DNA of 64,000 nt, taken from the NCBI GenBank assembly GCA_905178155.1, contig CAJINV010000005.1, forward strand, positions 5,064,256-5,128,255. Direction: 5' to 3'. The position numbers and the translations under genes were made by a program. The DNA is from Amoebophrya sp. A120. Its lineage: Eukaryota > Protista > Dinoflagellata. Below, in pieces: positions 25,277 to 43,115 of the stretch. Within the stretch, counting starts at the first letter, position 1, and the number at the start of each line of letters is the position of its first letter. Below the pieces are notes generated by a model. That model did not search any database, was not told the origin of the DNA, and saw only the letters and a program-made list of their open reading frames with translations.

Positions 25277-27000
25277 GGAAGGTTTTTTGTCGAAATAAAC
25301 GTTCAATTTTGATTTTCTGAGAAAAAGAAATCGCTTTGGACGCAAAGAAGACAACCTGGGACACAGACAGATGGATGGGGAATAAGAACCCCACTTATAC
25401 CAATTTACAGTGCTGCTAAACATCATCGGCGGAGTGTTCGCGTGCGATTGTGATTCTTTTTGTCCCGTCCGAAGTCTGTTTTTTCATGGGCAGAAGCAAG
25501 GTGCACATCGGTCGCAAGCGAGAATTTTACACGAGTGAAGTGCCACCAGTCCGCGAACGAGTGAAGCGCCACCAACAAGCAGCACTGGCCTAGGTTCGTT
25601 GAGAGCGACCGAGCGCATTGCTGTGCTGAGTGACCGGCGTAATAGCTTACCAGAAAGCGAGAAACTCTGGGGAGGAATTACCAGGAGCGAGAAACTCTGT
25701 GGATGGCCATGGGTGTGCTGGACAGCGACAAGTCGCGGGGACTGAGTTTCCTCCGGGCGATCGCCATTGCGCACCCCATCCCGGAGCCTGCAAGCCCGCG
25801 CGCAAGCTTGTAAAGCCGGAAAGCGCCGCCCGCCCCTCGCGCCCGCCGGCGGGGCTTGGGTCTAGGCTGGCGCCCTTGTCGTGCCGCGGGGCATCGAGGT
25901 GGGCGCATGCCCGAGCCCGCTTTCGCCGGGGCGGCGGCCGACGCACGGCGGGCTGCGAATAACACATTCATCGCAGCGGCGGCGGGCCCTGATGAACAGC
26001 ACGCTCGTGGCTTCGGGTTTGGCGATCGATGACGACACTGCGGCGGGCAACACGAACACGACGGGGCGCCCCGCCTTGCCTCCCCGCGCGCGTTTCGCCC
26101 GGCCGGTAGAGGGCCGGCCCGGTCGCCTTGCCGGCCCCTCCCTGTTTGTTTCGCAGTGCCGCGAGTTTTCGGCACCTTGGTAGTCTTTTGGCTTCCATAG
26201 CTCGTAGAGCGCCCCCGCGGCACCGCGGCCGCGCGAGCCCCCCGCGGGTGCTGGGGCCTGCCATTTGTGCCACGGGCAGAGCGTTTGGCGCGCAGGCTCT
26301 GCCGGCCCTGCTGGGCATAGTGATTTCATCCGGCGCAGCCCGTGTGTCTTGCCGCCGATGGCATCCATTGATTCCGCGGGGTTGCGCGCCCGCTTTTGCT
26401 TATCTCATCATCTGCCCAAAGATCGAAGCACTCACTTGGAGTTGTGAGCCGGCGCGGGCTGTTGAGCCAAGTGTTTTTCTTTTTTTCCCTTCCGTTCTTC
26501 GCCCGTTCGAGTGATGTACGATTTTGGCTTTAGGAGACCTTCGCTCACTATCGATCCCTCGATAGTTCAGACCAGCTCCACAGCAAAACTCTACGCAGGT
26601 TCTGATATCATGTAAGACATTTTCTCTGCTTGCTTTCTCATGATGAAATGAAGTCGCGGATCGGTCAAGTGAAGGTTAGATACAAACACGGTCGGTTGTG
26701 TGGTCACTCTGGTCAATACAAACAAGGTTCACGACTCGGTTGTAAAGCTGCGCTGCTCATTGGAATTTTGTCGTGAATCTGAAACGCTTGTTGAGAACAG
26801 TCAGACAAAAGAAGATCCCGAGCCCGACACGTCGACCCTCGCCAAGGCATTTGAGTTTAGAAGTACCGATCTACGAAGGAAGTTTGACACCGGCGCACTT
26901 GCGTCGAGAGAAAACCCATTTACACGACTCTTTGCACAACAACTCTTCCAGAAGCATTTCTTAAGGCAATAGAAGAACTACGACCGTTTGGTGAAACAAA

Positions 27001-27883
27001 ATGTCCTCCTTCTCCGAGCTCCTGGCTGCTGCCGCCGCCACGGTCGGTGACAACGCCATTGACCCGTTGAAAGCCAAGGAGATGATGGATGCGAATCCGG
27101 ATATGCTCATCCTTGACGTGCAGGACCCAACTGCCGACTTCAAGCTCACGGTATGAGAGTGCACAGCGGCCCCCTCCCCCTCATTTGTGTTGGATGAACA
27201 GCAACACAAGCGCTGGCAAAGATGCAGCTTTTGCATGACAAATTTCTCGAAGACTGTAGTGCTGTTTTGGATTGTCCCGGAATGTGTCATGCAAAAAGTG
27301 CTAAAAGGCATAGAGTGGATTTGGACTTTTGCATGACAGGTGAATGGAGGGGGAGTTGTGCACTTTCATACACCATCCCGAACTCCTACAACGCTTCTCT
27401 CGGGACCTTGGGCTTCAAAGCGGACGTTGCCATGACGGATTTTTTGGACAAGAAAATCACGGAGTACCCGAAAGACAAGAACGTCATGGTCACCTGCGGC
27501 ATCGGCGGCCAGGCCATGCTGGGGGCGAAGCTGATGATCGATTACGGGTGGAAAAACACGTTTGTCTGCATATGACCTGCTCAAACGTTACAATCTCAAA
27601 TCGGTTACCATAGAATCTGGATTTTGTCTTGCATGAAAAGCATGAGGAAGGTATGTAGAGTTGCGCCTTTCGCAATACACATTTCGCCGGATATCAGTGG
27701 GGTTTTGGGTGCAGAGACTTGTCATGCGCAAACCTATGGGATTACGGTAGACCATGCACTTCCTGCATCACAGATTTCCATATTCTATTGTAACGTTTGA
27801 GATTGTAACGCTTGAGCAGGTCATACTGCAAGGGCGGCAACGCGGCGTGGAAAGAGGCCAAGTGCCCGCTGTGTGCGGAGTAA
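27001..27883 (+). CDS. Single-domain rhodanese / sulfurtransferase-like protein, 3 exons
   Basis: Spliced product MSSFSELL...MLILDVQDP...IPNSYNASLG...VMVTCGIGGQAMLGAKLMIDYGWKNTFVCKGGNAAWKEA...*. Shows a rhodanese LDVR-like motif, active-site Cys loop and GG..AW C-terminal signature. Confidence 0.85.
27152..27370. mobile_element. Introner family C (219 bp)
   Basis: Family C TIRs; DR cacgg/cacca. Confidence 0.88.
27571..27825. mobile_element. Introner, singleton family (255 bp)
   Basis: TIR TATGACCTGCTCAAACGTTACAATCTCAAA; DR ctgca/ctgca. Confidence 0.92.
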
Positions 27884-28684
27884 GTAGGTTGTTGGTGCCT
27901 TCCCCCTCCAGGGACCACAGTCACATAATATCCGCGTCGTGATGCTCATCATGCTGTGTGTCGTCGTGAAAAGAACCTCACAAGCAACGAAAGGAGCAGT
28001 AGATGATCTGTGATTAATTTTCCCTCTTGATGAAGAAACGTAGACGCACGTACCCGTACGGAAGCGGAATGTTTTACGTCTTTAACTTTTTCTTGACTGG
28101 TTGTCTCTGTTTCACAAATCAAGTCATGCAACGCTGTGCTACTTGCTTTTACTATAGTAATGTGTTGCGAAAAACTTTTTTAATTTTTGTAGCCGTTCCG
28201 GGACAGTGTCGATTAAGTTCAACCATATCATGATGAATTTTACGAGCAATAAGCAAAAGATTGCGCATGATCAGTGGGGATTTAGGTACAAGTAATTATT
28301 AGCAATAAAACAGTTTAAGGAAGGAAAGGGCGTCGTCCCAACACCAATTCGTGTCCAGTACAAAACCTTGCGTAATTTTCATGAGTCATGAAGAGTGAAA
28401 AAAAAAATAGTTGGCAGAGGTTGGTGGTGATGCTGCTGCACTGGTAGGCCGTTTGAGCCAATTGCTTGTTCTCCGCCGAGAGGACCCGTCTTCGTTTCTT
28501 TTGATAAGATATATTCGTTGTTGCTTGACTAGACATGGAAAACTACGCTGAGAGACTTCTACAACTACTTTGGCATTCCGTCTATAATGTCCTTTTGTTT
28601 ACTATAAGAAAGCACTTTACTTACATTCGCTTTATGCTTTTCTTGACACTTGCGCCAGCATCTGCTACAAAAAAGAAACACAAA

Positions 28685-31600
28685 ATGGAGAATTTCCTGC
28701 CGAACCAAAATCCGGCCACCGGGCAGCCGTTACTCGTCTCCTCCGACCCCTGCGGTTCCACGTGGCACAAAAAGACCGAGCCGATTGAAATCCACGTTTA
28801 CGGGATCTTCAAAAACCTCGACAAGTTCCGACTGACCTCGGATGAACGGTTTATCGTGAATAAAATGTACAACGACCAGCAGTCGGGGGCCACTTCCCCT
28901 CTCGGGAAGCTCGCCGCAAACGTGTTTGGAACTACGAGCGGGGGGTATGGTAGCTCATCCTCTTCCACCGGTGGGGTCGTGAAAAAAATGTCATCATTCC
29001 CCGGTGCTGGTGGTTCTTCCTTCGCACAGGGCGGTGGAGGAACATCTTCAACCAGCGTGATGAAGCCAACTACATCTTGTTCGAAACAGCCTCCGAATAA
29101 TTCCTCGTTTTTTCGTCCCACTGATATTATACCTGCAGATGAATCCGGTGCAATTGCAACTACAGCCGATGATCGGGCTTTCATGACCACTGCCTCCTAC
29201 GACAGCACCGACGGACGGGAGACGAAACCCAGGCCGACGAACGCCGTGACAGTGAGACGAGAGGACCACCTCCGCGGCGGAGGAACGAGTACTATGCCCC
29301 CGGGGGAAAGAACAAGTGCAGCTGCAGCTGGACACCAGCCTACCAGCGGGATCTTCACGGGTTCATCTGCAATTATTGAGGGCGAGCACAACAGCGCCAC
29401 ACCCTACTATTCCTGGGGAGAGAGTTGTACAACATCCAGTTTTAATATGTCAAACCGATCTTCAACATCATCATCAAATTCATACCCGCAAGGAGGTGAA
29501 GGACCACCGAGCAGTTTGTTCGAAAGTTTTTTCGCGGAAGGAGAGCACCAAAGGGACGACAGTGGAACTGCAACCTCGAACACCCCTGGCGGAGATTTGC
29601 TGAATGCCTCCATCGGTACTAGTTCATCTTCCCGGGGCGGTGGAATAAATACTAGTAATCCACAAATTCAACAAAAAGAAAAACCTCTTTTCGGGAGGTC
29701 AGAAAGCAACATCGAGCAAAGATTCGTCGATCAGTTTAAGCAGGAGGATGAGTTGCAGCGGAGCCGGTTGACGAAAGGAACATCAGATAAGAACGCAGCG
29801 GGCTTCCACACAACTTCTCACTATCAGCCGCAGCCAGAGGTGTTGTCCCCAACAAGTCAAATCGACCGAGACCAACCGAGCCTGCAGCGTACCGCCAGTC
29901 GGATTCTAGAGCTGCATCGCGAGCACCAGGCGGCCGTCGCTGCTGCTCGAGGGTCTGTTTCATCCAAGGTACCAGGAGTCGCCGACCAGAATGCAGTTGC
30001 AGCGCCTTCGCCGACGAAAATCAGCACTGCTCGGTCCTGGGGAACTATGCAAGAAAAAAACTGTGTAAGTGTGAATTTGTGTTGCAGAACATGCAACAGA
30101 GTTACGCCTGTCATGCCAGACAGCCATGAAGTCCTCTTTTCATGTGTGTTTTCCCTTACAAGCCACGCATGACAGGTTTTCTCTGCCATGTAGTGCAAAT
30201 TTGTGATGCTGGTTTGGGTGGACGCAGCTCTCGTGTGCCGGAGCACCTGTATGCCGCTGGGGGACGCAGCAGCTTTTTGCTGTTGAATCGGTCCGGATTA
30301 GCTCAGCAGGGGCCTCGCTTGAGGCCCCTCCACTATGCTTCGTCCCTGCATGCATAAGGACCTCCAGGGCTGTGCATCATGTTCGACCTACGTAGACGCT
30401 CGCTGCGCGTCTCCGCCTTCGCGCAGCATGGGCCCGGTCCCAGATTGCACGTTGTGCCTGCCTTTTCGCGCGCCAGCCCTGTTTGCTTCTACAGCTACCG
30501 CTCGTCTTAGTAAAGGCCTTTAGAATTTATTCCCATAGGTACACATTTACCAGAACAAGCGCTTAAGTAGCAATACTATGTTTTCCGATTTAGTTTTTCC
30601 GATTCCGTAGAAGTTTACGTTACGAGGTAGCTTAGCATATACTGGTTTTAGTAAGCCTCTGAACGGCAAAGGGACGAACTGCCCGTAGACCTCCGACGTG
30701 ATGCTGTTTCTCAAAGAAAGTTACACTTACACACTTTTTTTCCTGGATAGAAACCGTGCGGAAGACCTTCACGACGGTGAACAACCTCAGAAAGGGGTTG
30801 GCCGCGTCGGGAACTTCGCTGCTCGGGACTGCGAGGAAATCGACGGAGAGCTTGCTGGCGGAAGCGGAGGAGGAGAAAGCAAAAGACGAAAAGGAGCAGG
30901 AACGTGTGTATTCTGAGTAAAAACGTCCCCACCCCAGAGTTGTCGTGCAGATTTGCAGTTACAGGAAGATTTGTAATGGGCATCCCCATGAGAGGCGTTT
31001 CCGATCGTGTTTTTACCTTTGTAATGCTGCAAACAGGATGACTAGATGGATATGGATTTGTGTTGCGGCTGTACTTGCTAAACTGCACTACACTACAGAG
31101 GGGAACTTGTCATGCTTGAGTCCCAAAACTTCTCGACTTGTGTTGCGAGATCACCATCTTGATTATGGGGTGGGGACGTTTTTAATCAGAATAGCATTCC
31201 GTTTTTCTTCTCGCTGCAAAAGTACGGGGTGAAGCAGGTCAGTTGCGGGGCGAATTTCTTCGGGATAATTACCCTAGAAATGGGGTTAGTGGGGCTCTTA
31301 TCCACTGCAAAAGTTAAAGTATCGTTTACTCGTATGAATTGCAGGCATGCGTGACAATAAATCCGGTTTCCTACCTAAATCTGCATTACAAATTCCAATT
31401 TTCTGCTTGAGAGAATTTGTCATGCGATTTATGTATACAAGTACGATTAACTTTTGCAATGCATAGCTCTTCGGGTTCAACAAGAATTACGTGCATGGCC
31501 ACATGGGGGAGTTCCTCCCCTTGGAGTTCTACGTTTGGGGCGCGGATGAAAACCCGAGTCTGCCGCCGACTAGGAAAAGTTCGAAAAGTAGAACAGGGAC

Positions 31601-34600
31601 GACCGACGAAGACCACGACGCAGCTGCTGGTGCACAGGGATTTTCTCGCAATTCTCTTTCCGGACCTACAAAAAATAATGACTCCTTCACATATGCTTTC
31701 CAAGAGCGCCGCTTCGTCGACCCTCTGGAAAATCCTTTGGGGAAGTTGAAGAGCAAAAGCGAGGCTGCGGTTTTCAAGCCCAAAGACTTCGCCAGCGTCG
31801 TTTCTGCAGCAACTGGTGGAAATATTGGAAATAAAAACAAAGTCTCTAGTACTTCTTCGACTTTCCTTCCAATCGGGAAAAATGCAAATAAAGCTAGATC
31901 CCCAAAAACTTCTACTTCGAAGAACTACAACAAAGGCACTAGAAGCTTGCCACAGGTCCGCGCTGTGGAAATCGCCTGCGGCAGCGACCACACGTTGGTG
32001 TTAGGCTCCGACAACCTGCTCTACGCTCACGGCGACCCGATTCTCTACGGACTGAACACGGAACTCTGCGGGGATTACCTAGACGCCATCGAGACAGTGT
32101 TGACGAAACGGTCTGATATGATAAACGGCGCCTGGCGCTCCCCGGAGCACCAGACACTCACACAGTTTGGGCTTTTGTTCAATTGCGGACCCGTGAGACC
32201 AAGACGGAAGCAGAGAAATGAACTTCTACAAGAGCGGCAGCTCGTCGTGCCCTCGGGTAGCAGTAAAAGTAGCATGATGAGGTCGGGCCCCGGTTTGATA
32301 CCAGCAGGCGAGGGTAGAGATGCGGCGGGTAGTTCTGGTAGAGCGTTTTTTTCCGGTAATACTTCTACGGGGCCCTCTAACGACCGCAGTCTCCTCTTGG
32401 AAACCTTTGATCACCAACGGGAAGATCATGACGAAGCACAAAGAGAAACGCAGTTTGAGTACGACCCGGGAAGAGACACAACAAAGCCAGGTACTAGGAG
32501 CATGTTCAAGACTGTAAAAGAAGAAGATGAAGAAGTCGATCTAGAGCCAAATAACCGGGACTACATCAACTCCAGGAGAAGAGAAGAGGGAGAGGCGATA
32601 TTGACGGCTTCGAGAGAAGATCATGCTGGTGCCAACATCAGATTCTTCCGAAGCAAGCACTCACAGCACGAACCATTTTTCCCCTCCTTCTGGGACACGC
32701 AGGAGTTTGAGTTTGAACAGATCCAAACCATGCACGTGAAAGAACGGTACTCCGTGTGCGCGACTACCGATGGGGTGCTGTACCACTGGGGCAAGGTCCC
32801 GTTCTTGTGTGCCACGTTCGAGGAAGCGACACTGATGATGTTCAGCGGAAACAGCTCTTCCTCCTCGGGTGTTGCGACCGCGACGGGACGGGATATTGGT
32901 CAACAACATCGACGAGGCGGACCAGCGCACCCCTCATCTTCATCTCATCTTGTCAGTGAGAAGAATCCTTATCGCGACAGTGCCTCTGGTGCCTTCTCCT
33001 CCACAAGACCCTCCGCCCCGAACGGCGTCGATCAAATTGCGTGCTCCGCTTTCGCCACGTTCGTGATCGACAAGGACGGGATGCTTTTCGCGTTCGGCGA
33101 CGGGACCTACGGCGAAACGTCTGCCGGCGCTTCGGTCGGCGGGACGAGTAGCATGATCTACGGCGAGCCGGTGAATTTTGATTTCCGAGAGCCGATCGCG
33201 GACATTGCAACCGGGGATAATCTATGGATTGCAAAAATGTCTGGGTCTGGAAGGTTGCAGCTTGTCAGGCTAATTCTGGATCGTGCAAAAGTCTGTGTTG
33301 CATGAGTGCCAAAAGCTGTCCACTTTAAACCAAGTTGGCAGGGAGTTTCTCATGCAGGATAGACATGGTAGGGATCTCACAGAATCTGTCATGCTAGGCG
33401 CTGCATTCCAGACGACATGGATCATGGAAAATCTGCATGACAAGTCTCGGACATTTTTGCATTTGATATAGCCACACGCTCGTCCTGGGGGCGAATTCCG
33501 GGGAAGTTTACGCCTTCGGCTCGGACTGCTATGGGCAGTGCGGGTGCGGCATACAGAACCGGTCGAGGAACGGATTACTCGGGGAGAGGGTGCTGAAACC
33601 GCGGAAATTGAAATTCCCCGACGCGTTGCACGGATTCAGTAGTGTGGGGGCGGCTTCTACTACCTCTGGTGCAGATGGAAGTAGAAGTACCGCAGACGGT
33701 CCACCGGTAAAAGTTCCTGGTGGCGCGACTACTGCCACAGCCGAGGACGTGAGAAAAGCGTCCCTCTTCTCGGACCTCTCTGGCCTGGATGATACCAGGA
33801 AAACCGAGGACCTCGACCTTCGGGCGTCCGTGCTCTCCGCGCTGGGGACGAGGCCGACGGCCGTCAGTAACCTCGGCGGCCGTCTGTCCCAGGCCGAGCT
33901 GGGGATCGGGGTGGAGAAAAACGAACATAACGTGATGAAGATGCACGAGAGAGGGCAGCACGGGATAGCCGCCTCGTCGAATAAAGACAGCGCTTTTCAA
34001 CTTTCCGCGGGGAAATACCACAGCACGCTTTGCACGGAGAACGGAAATTTGTACGCGTGGGGACTGTATCCAGGGCAAAAGTACCGTACTCGTATTGCAG
34101 TCATGCATTGCAAATCGTTCTCTTAAGGTAAATCAGCATTACAAATTTTATCTTTCATGCTGAGGAATGCATTTACACGAGTACGATAGATACTTTTGCA
34201 ATTCATAGACTGGAGAGAAACGGCCCGCTGCAGCCGGATCCGTTTTTGCCTTTGGGTTCCGCGGCGCTGTACAACGTTGCAGGTGGTTCTGGCGGGTACA
34301 ACAACTCCGGCGGCTTTTTTTCCTCCGACGCCGGGCCGACGACGCCCCGGAACGTGAACGCGGCGCACTTCGGCGGCGGCGGGGCCGGGGCAAACGCCGC
34401 GGAGGCGGCGAGCGTCCATCTTCCGACGCTGGAAGATTTCCACGACAGTACCGGCGCGTCCGCCGGCGGACCGGATGCGAGTGTCGCCAGTGGCGTGAAG
34501 AACAGCGTGAATCGGCCGAAATTGTGTGCGCATGTCTTGCACAGGTTCGTGCAATACAGCCAATGCGGGCCGACCTACACAGTTGTGGTTTACGGTCAGG

Positions 34601-34806
34601 AATTGGAGACCGGAACTGCAAATGGGGGAGAGGACGAACAAGGAATAGCTGGGGAGGGGGAAGAGATGCAGATGCCGGAGGAAGATGAGGATTATGGCGA
34701 TGAAGTAGGGGTAGACCCAAATTCGCATTCTCTGTACAGGAGTGAAATGTATTTTTCGACGTCCAGTGACAAAGACAGAGAATGGAGAGCGATGAACGCA
34801 GTTTAG
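28685..34806 (+). CDS. RCC1/BLIP-II repeat-containing protein, 6 exons
   Basis: Repeats VKQVSCGANF, EIACGSDHTLVL, IATGDNHTLVLGANSGEVYAFGSDCYGQCG and LSAGKYHSTLCTENGNLYAWG. Frame restored across introners 30046, 30909, 31299, 33223, 34067. Confidence 0.85.
30046..30749. mobile_element. Introner family F (704 bp) carrying a nested insertion
   Basis: TIR TATGCAAGAAAAAAACTGTGTAAGTGT; DR ggaac/gaaac; homologous to the 209-bp copy at 41364. Confidence 0.9.
30212..30697. mobile_element. 486-bp nested insertion with 9-bp target duplication
   Basis: gtgatgctg at 30203-30211 and 30698-30706; 704-486-9=209, the length of the uninterrupted paralog. Confidence 0.8.
30909..31193. mobile_element. Introner family G (285 bp)
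   Basis: TIR TATTCTGAGTAAAAACGTCCCCACCCC; DR diverged gtgtg/gcatt; frame restored. Confidence 0.82.
31299..31465. mobile_element. Introner family B (167 bp)
   Basis: Family B TIRs; DR gctct/gctct. Confidence 0.9.
33223..33468. mobile_element. Introner family A (246 bp; right TIR partly deleted)
   Basis: DR taatc/tagcc; restores RCC1 motif GDNHTL. Confidence 0.85.
34067..34207. mobile_element. Introner family B (141 bp)
   Basis: Family B TIRs; DR gactg/gactg. Confidence 0.9.
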
Positions 34807-34814
34807 AAAGTGAT

Positions 34815-35835
34815 ACAAGGCCGCAGCTTATGTCGCGTAGTGGGAGGGTGAACGAGTGGACAGGGGGGAAAGAAAAACGCCAGAGGGTGGGCAAGGGCCC
34901 GGCAGGCTGATATGGGGTGGGGCGCGAGTTAAAATTTAAAAATTTGGGCCGTTCCCGGGGGTATCGTTCGCCTTCCGTCTGGCAGGTCTCCGGTGGCTCT
35001 TTTTCGGGTGCCGCTTCCCGGCGTCGTGGCGTTCCCCTGTGTGTGGGGAGGCAGATTTTTTTGTTGGGTGGCCTCGGGCTTGTGTTTTTTCGCTTCCCTG
35101 TGTCTTTTCCTTCGTTCGGGGGGTGGTCTCCTTGTTGTCCGGCCCTTTTGCGGATAACCCTGGTGTCGTCCTTTTGATTGGACCTTCCGATCCGGCGTTG
35201 CAAAGTCGATTTTTTTGACTTTGCGACGCCGCGTCCTGCAGGAAAACACCTTTTCGGCGCTTCACGAAAGTGTCGTAAATCCCGAAGTACAGCGTTTTCG
35301 GGAATGTTTTCGGGATTTGGGCATTTTCGCATGAGTCCGAAAGGGTGTTTTCCCGCAGGACTTAGCACTTCACTTAGAGGGCTGATTTAGCAGCCCATTT
35401 AGAGGGCTGATTTAGCATGCGATTTAGCATGCTATTTAGAGCCCTCATTTAGCATGCCCATTTAGCATGCGATTTAAAGCCTTTCGATTTAGAGGGGTGA
35501 TTTAGCATGCGATTTAGAGCGGGGTCGATTTAGAGTGCCGATTTAGCATGGTCATATAGAGTGCGATTTAGAGTCCTCGGGGCCGGGTTCTTCATTCGCA
35601 AGTCGGTCGTGGGTTTTGGGTTCGTGCACCCTACAAACCGCCTCGGGGAACTGCCCTGCTTTTGTCCACTTATTCTGGGTCTGTCGGTATGATCTCCCCG
35701 TGTAGGATAGGTAGTAGGTTGCGCAGCAGTTTTCTTCCCGGACTGCCTCTTTCCGGCCGCGACCCTTCCTCCCACCACACTTCGCGCGATATGTCGCCCG
35801 CGCATTCCCCGTGGACAATATTTCCAGAAAATCCC
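34815..35835. mobile_element. 1021-bp insertion flanked by a 42-bp direct duplication
   Basis: 34773-34814 is repeated at 35836-35877 with 1 mismatch; the insertion is absent from the paralogous copy near 36793-36840. Confidence 0.7.
35360..35573. repeat. Degenerate ~11-13-bp minisatellite (GATTTAGCATGC / GATTTAGAGGGG)
   Basis: Many tandem TTTAG-core units visible. Confidence 0.85.
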
Positions 35836-36690
35836 AGACAGAGAATGGAGAGCGATGAACGCGGTTTAGAAAGTGATTATCCACAACTTGTGCTCTGCAG
35901 TAGTTCTTGGAAGTAGATCTACCTCCAATCTATTACGGGTAGCGCGACGAATGGCATCCAAATTTGTTAATACCAATCAAACCGAAAGTTTAGGACGCCT
36001 GGAAGGTATACTGGACGCCCTGCCAGTGTAATGAGTTTTCAGTTTAGGTTATTTGTCTCCTTTTGTGTTCCGAGGGCGATTCAACGAACTGTGCTCGAAG
36101 GAAGTACATCGAGCCAAACCCAAAGATCCGATGGCAAGAACCATGTGAAGAAGTACTGAAATCTAAATTTCCTAAAATCTCTCAAGCCAAGACGAGATGA
36201 TGAAAGAAGCATCGGTCCTTACAGTATTTCTAAAGTAGGTTTCGAAGTATATAGATTTCACTCCCTCATAACTGGCAGCTGTATTGAGAAGAAGTTCCAG
36301 GCTCCCTCGTTTTCATTGAACCCTCCCGCGGCACAGTGAAGAATCTTGCAAGAAGCGCATAAGAACGTTATCGGCCCTGCATAAAAATTTTCCCCACATT
36401 TCGAGATCCTGTCCACGACCTGTGAAGATCCTTCACTCTCGGGTCTCTTTAGGTTTCGAACAAATCTAAAAACTCTTTAGATTTCGAACAAATCTGTAAA
36501 AGCACTCCTGTTAATATTTTCATCCTCGTACGTTTGCGTCACACACGCGTTGTTTGTTTTCATCTGAACCACGACACGGATTTTTGAAGTCAAAGTGTTT
36601 GCTGAAGAATTCCTCGTAGCTTGTTCTCGTGTCTGATTTTGAAAAAAAAGTTGCTAGTATCCTCCTGAAAGAAATCTAAATCACGACAAC

Positions 36691-36825
36691 ATGTCCGACT
36701 CGAAGGTGCGTGATGAGGATTATGGCGATGAAGTAGAGGTAGATCCAACTTCTTTGTACAGGAGTGAATTGTATTTTTCGTCCAATGACAAAGACAGAGA
36801 ATGGAGAGCGATGAACGCGGTTTAG
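36691..36825 (+). other. Chimeric 44-codon micro-ORF (SAHH N-terminus fused to RCC1-protein C-terminus) at a duplication junction; gene or pseudogene
   Basis: Reads MSDSKVR (identical to SAHH start) + DEDYGDEVEVDPTSLYRSELYFSSNDKDREWRAMNAV* (homologous to 34684-34806). Confidence 0.5.
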
Positions 36826-37643
36826 AAGGTGATTATCTACATCAACTTTATCTCTGCAGTAGTAGTTCTTGGAAGTAGATGCACCTCCGATCTAGTACGG
36901 TCAGCGCGGCGAATGGCATCTAAATTTGTGAATACCATCAAACGAAGCGAAAGTTTAGGACGCCTGGAAGGTATACTGGACGCCTTGCCAGTGCAATGAG
37001 TTTTCAGTTTAGGTTTTTGTTTTTTCTCCTTTTGTGTTCCGACAGAAACGGTGCTCGAGGGAAGTACATCGAGCCAAAGATCTGATCGCAAGAACCATGT
37101 AAAGAAGTGCTGTGAAATCTAAATTTTCGAAAAATCTCTCCAGCCAAGAAGACGAGATGATGAAAGAGGTATCGGTCCTTACAGCATTTCTAAAGTAGGT
37201 TTAGAAGTATTAGATTTCACTCCCTTTTTACAACTGGCAGCTGTAGTACAACTGAAAAGTTCCAGGCTTCCTCCTTTTCATTGAACCCTTCCGCGGCACA
37301 GTGAACAATCTTTCAAGAAGCGCATAAGAACTAAATTATCGGCCCTGCATAACTTTCCCCGCATTTGAACAAGATCCTGTCCATGACCTGTGAAGATCCT
37401 GCACTCTTTAGGTTTCGAACAAGTCTAAAACACACCTAGGTTTCGAACAAATCTGTAAAAGCACTCCTGTTTTATTCCTCGTACGTTTGCGTCACACACA
37501 CGTTGTTTGTTTTCATCTAAACCACGACACGGATTTTTGAAGTCAAAGTGTTTGCTGAAGAATTCCTCGTAGCTTGTTCTCGCGTTTGATTTTGAAAAAA
37601 AAGTTGCTAGTATCCACCTGAAAGAAATCTAAATCACAACAAC

Positions 37644-43115
<5,472 letters not shown>

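Noticed and set aside
34148-35368. 406-aa minus-strand ORF as a possible transposase or RT
   Set aside because: Arg/Pro-rich, crosses an insertion boundary and an antisense exon, and has no catalytic motifs.
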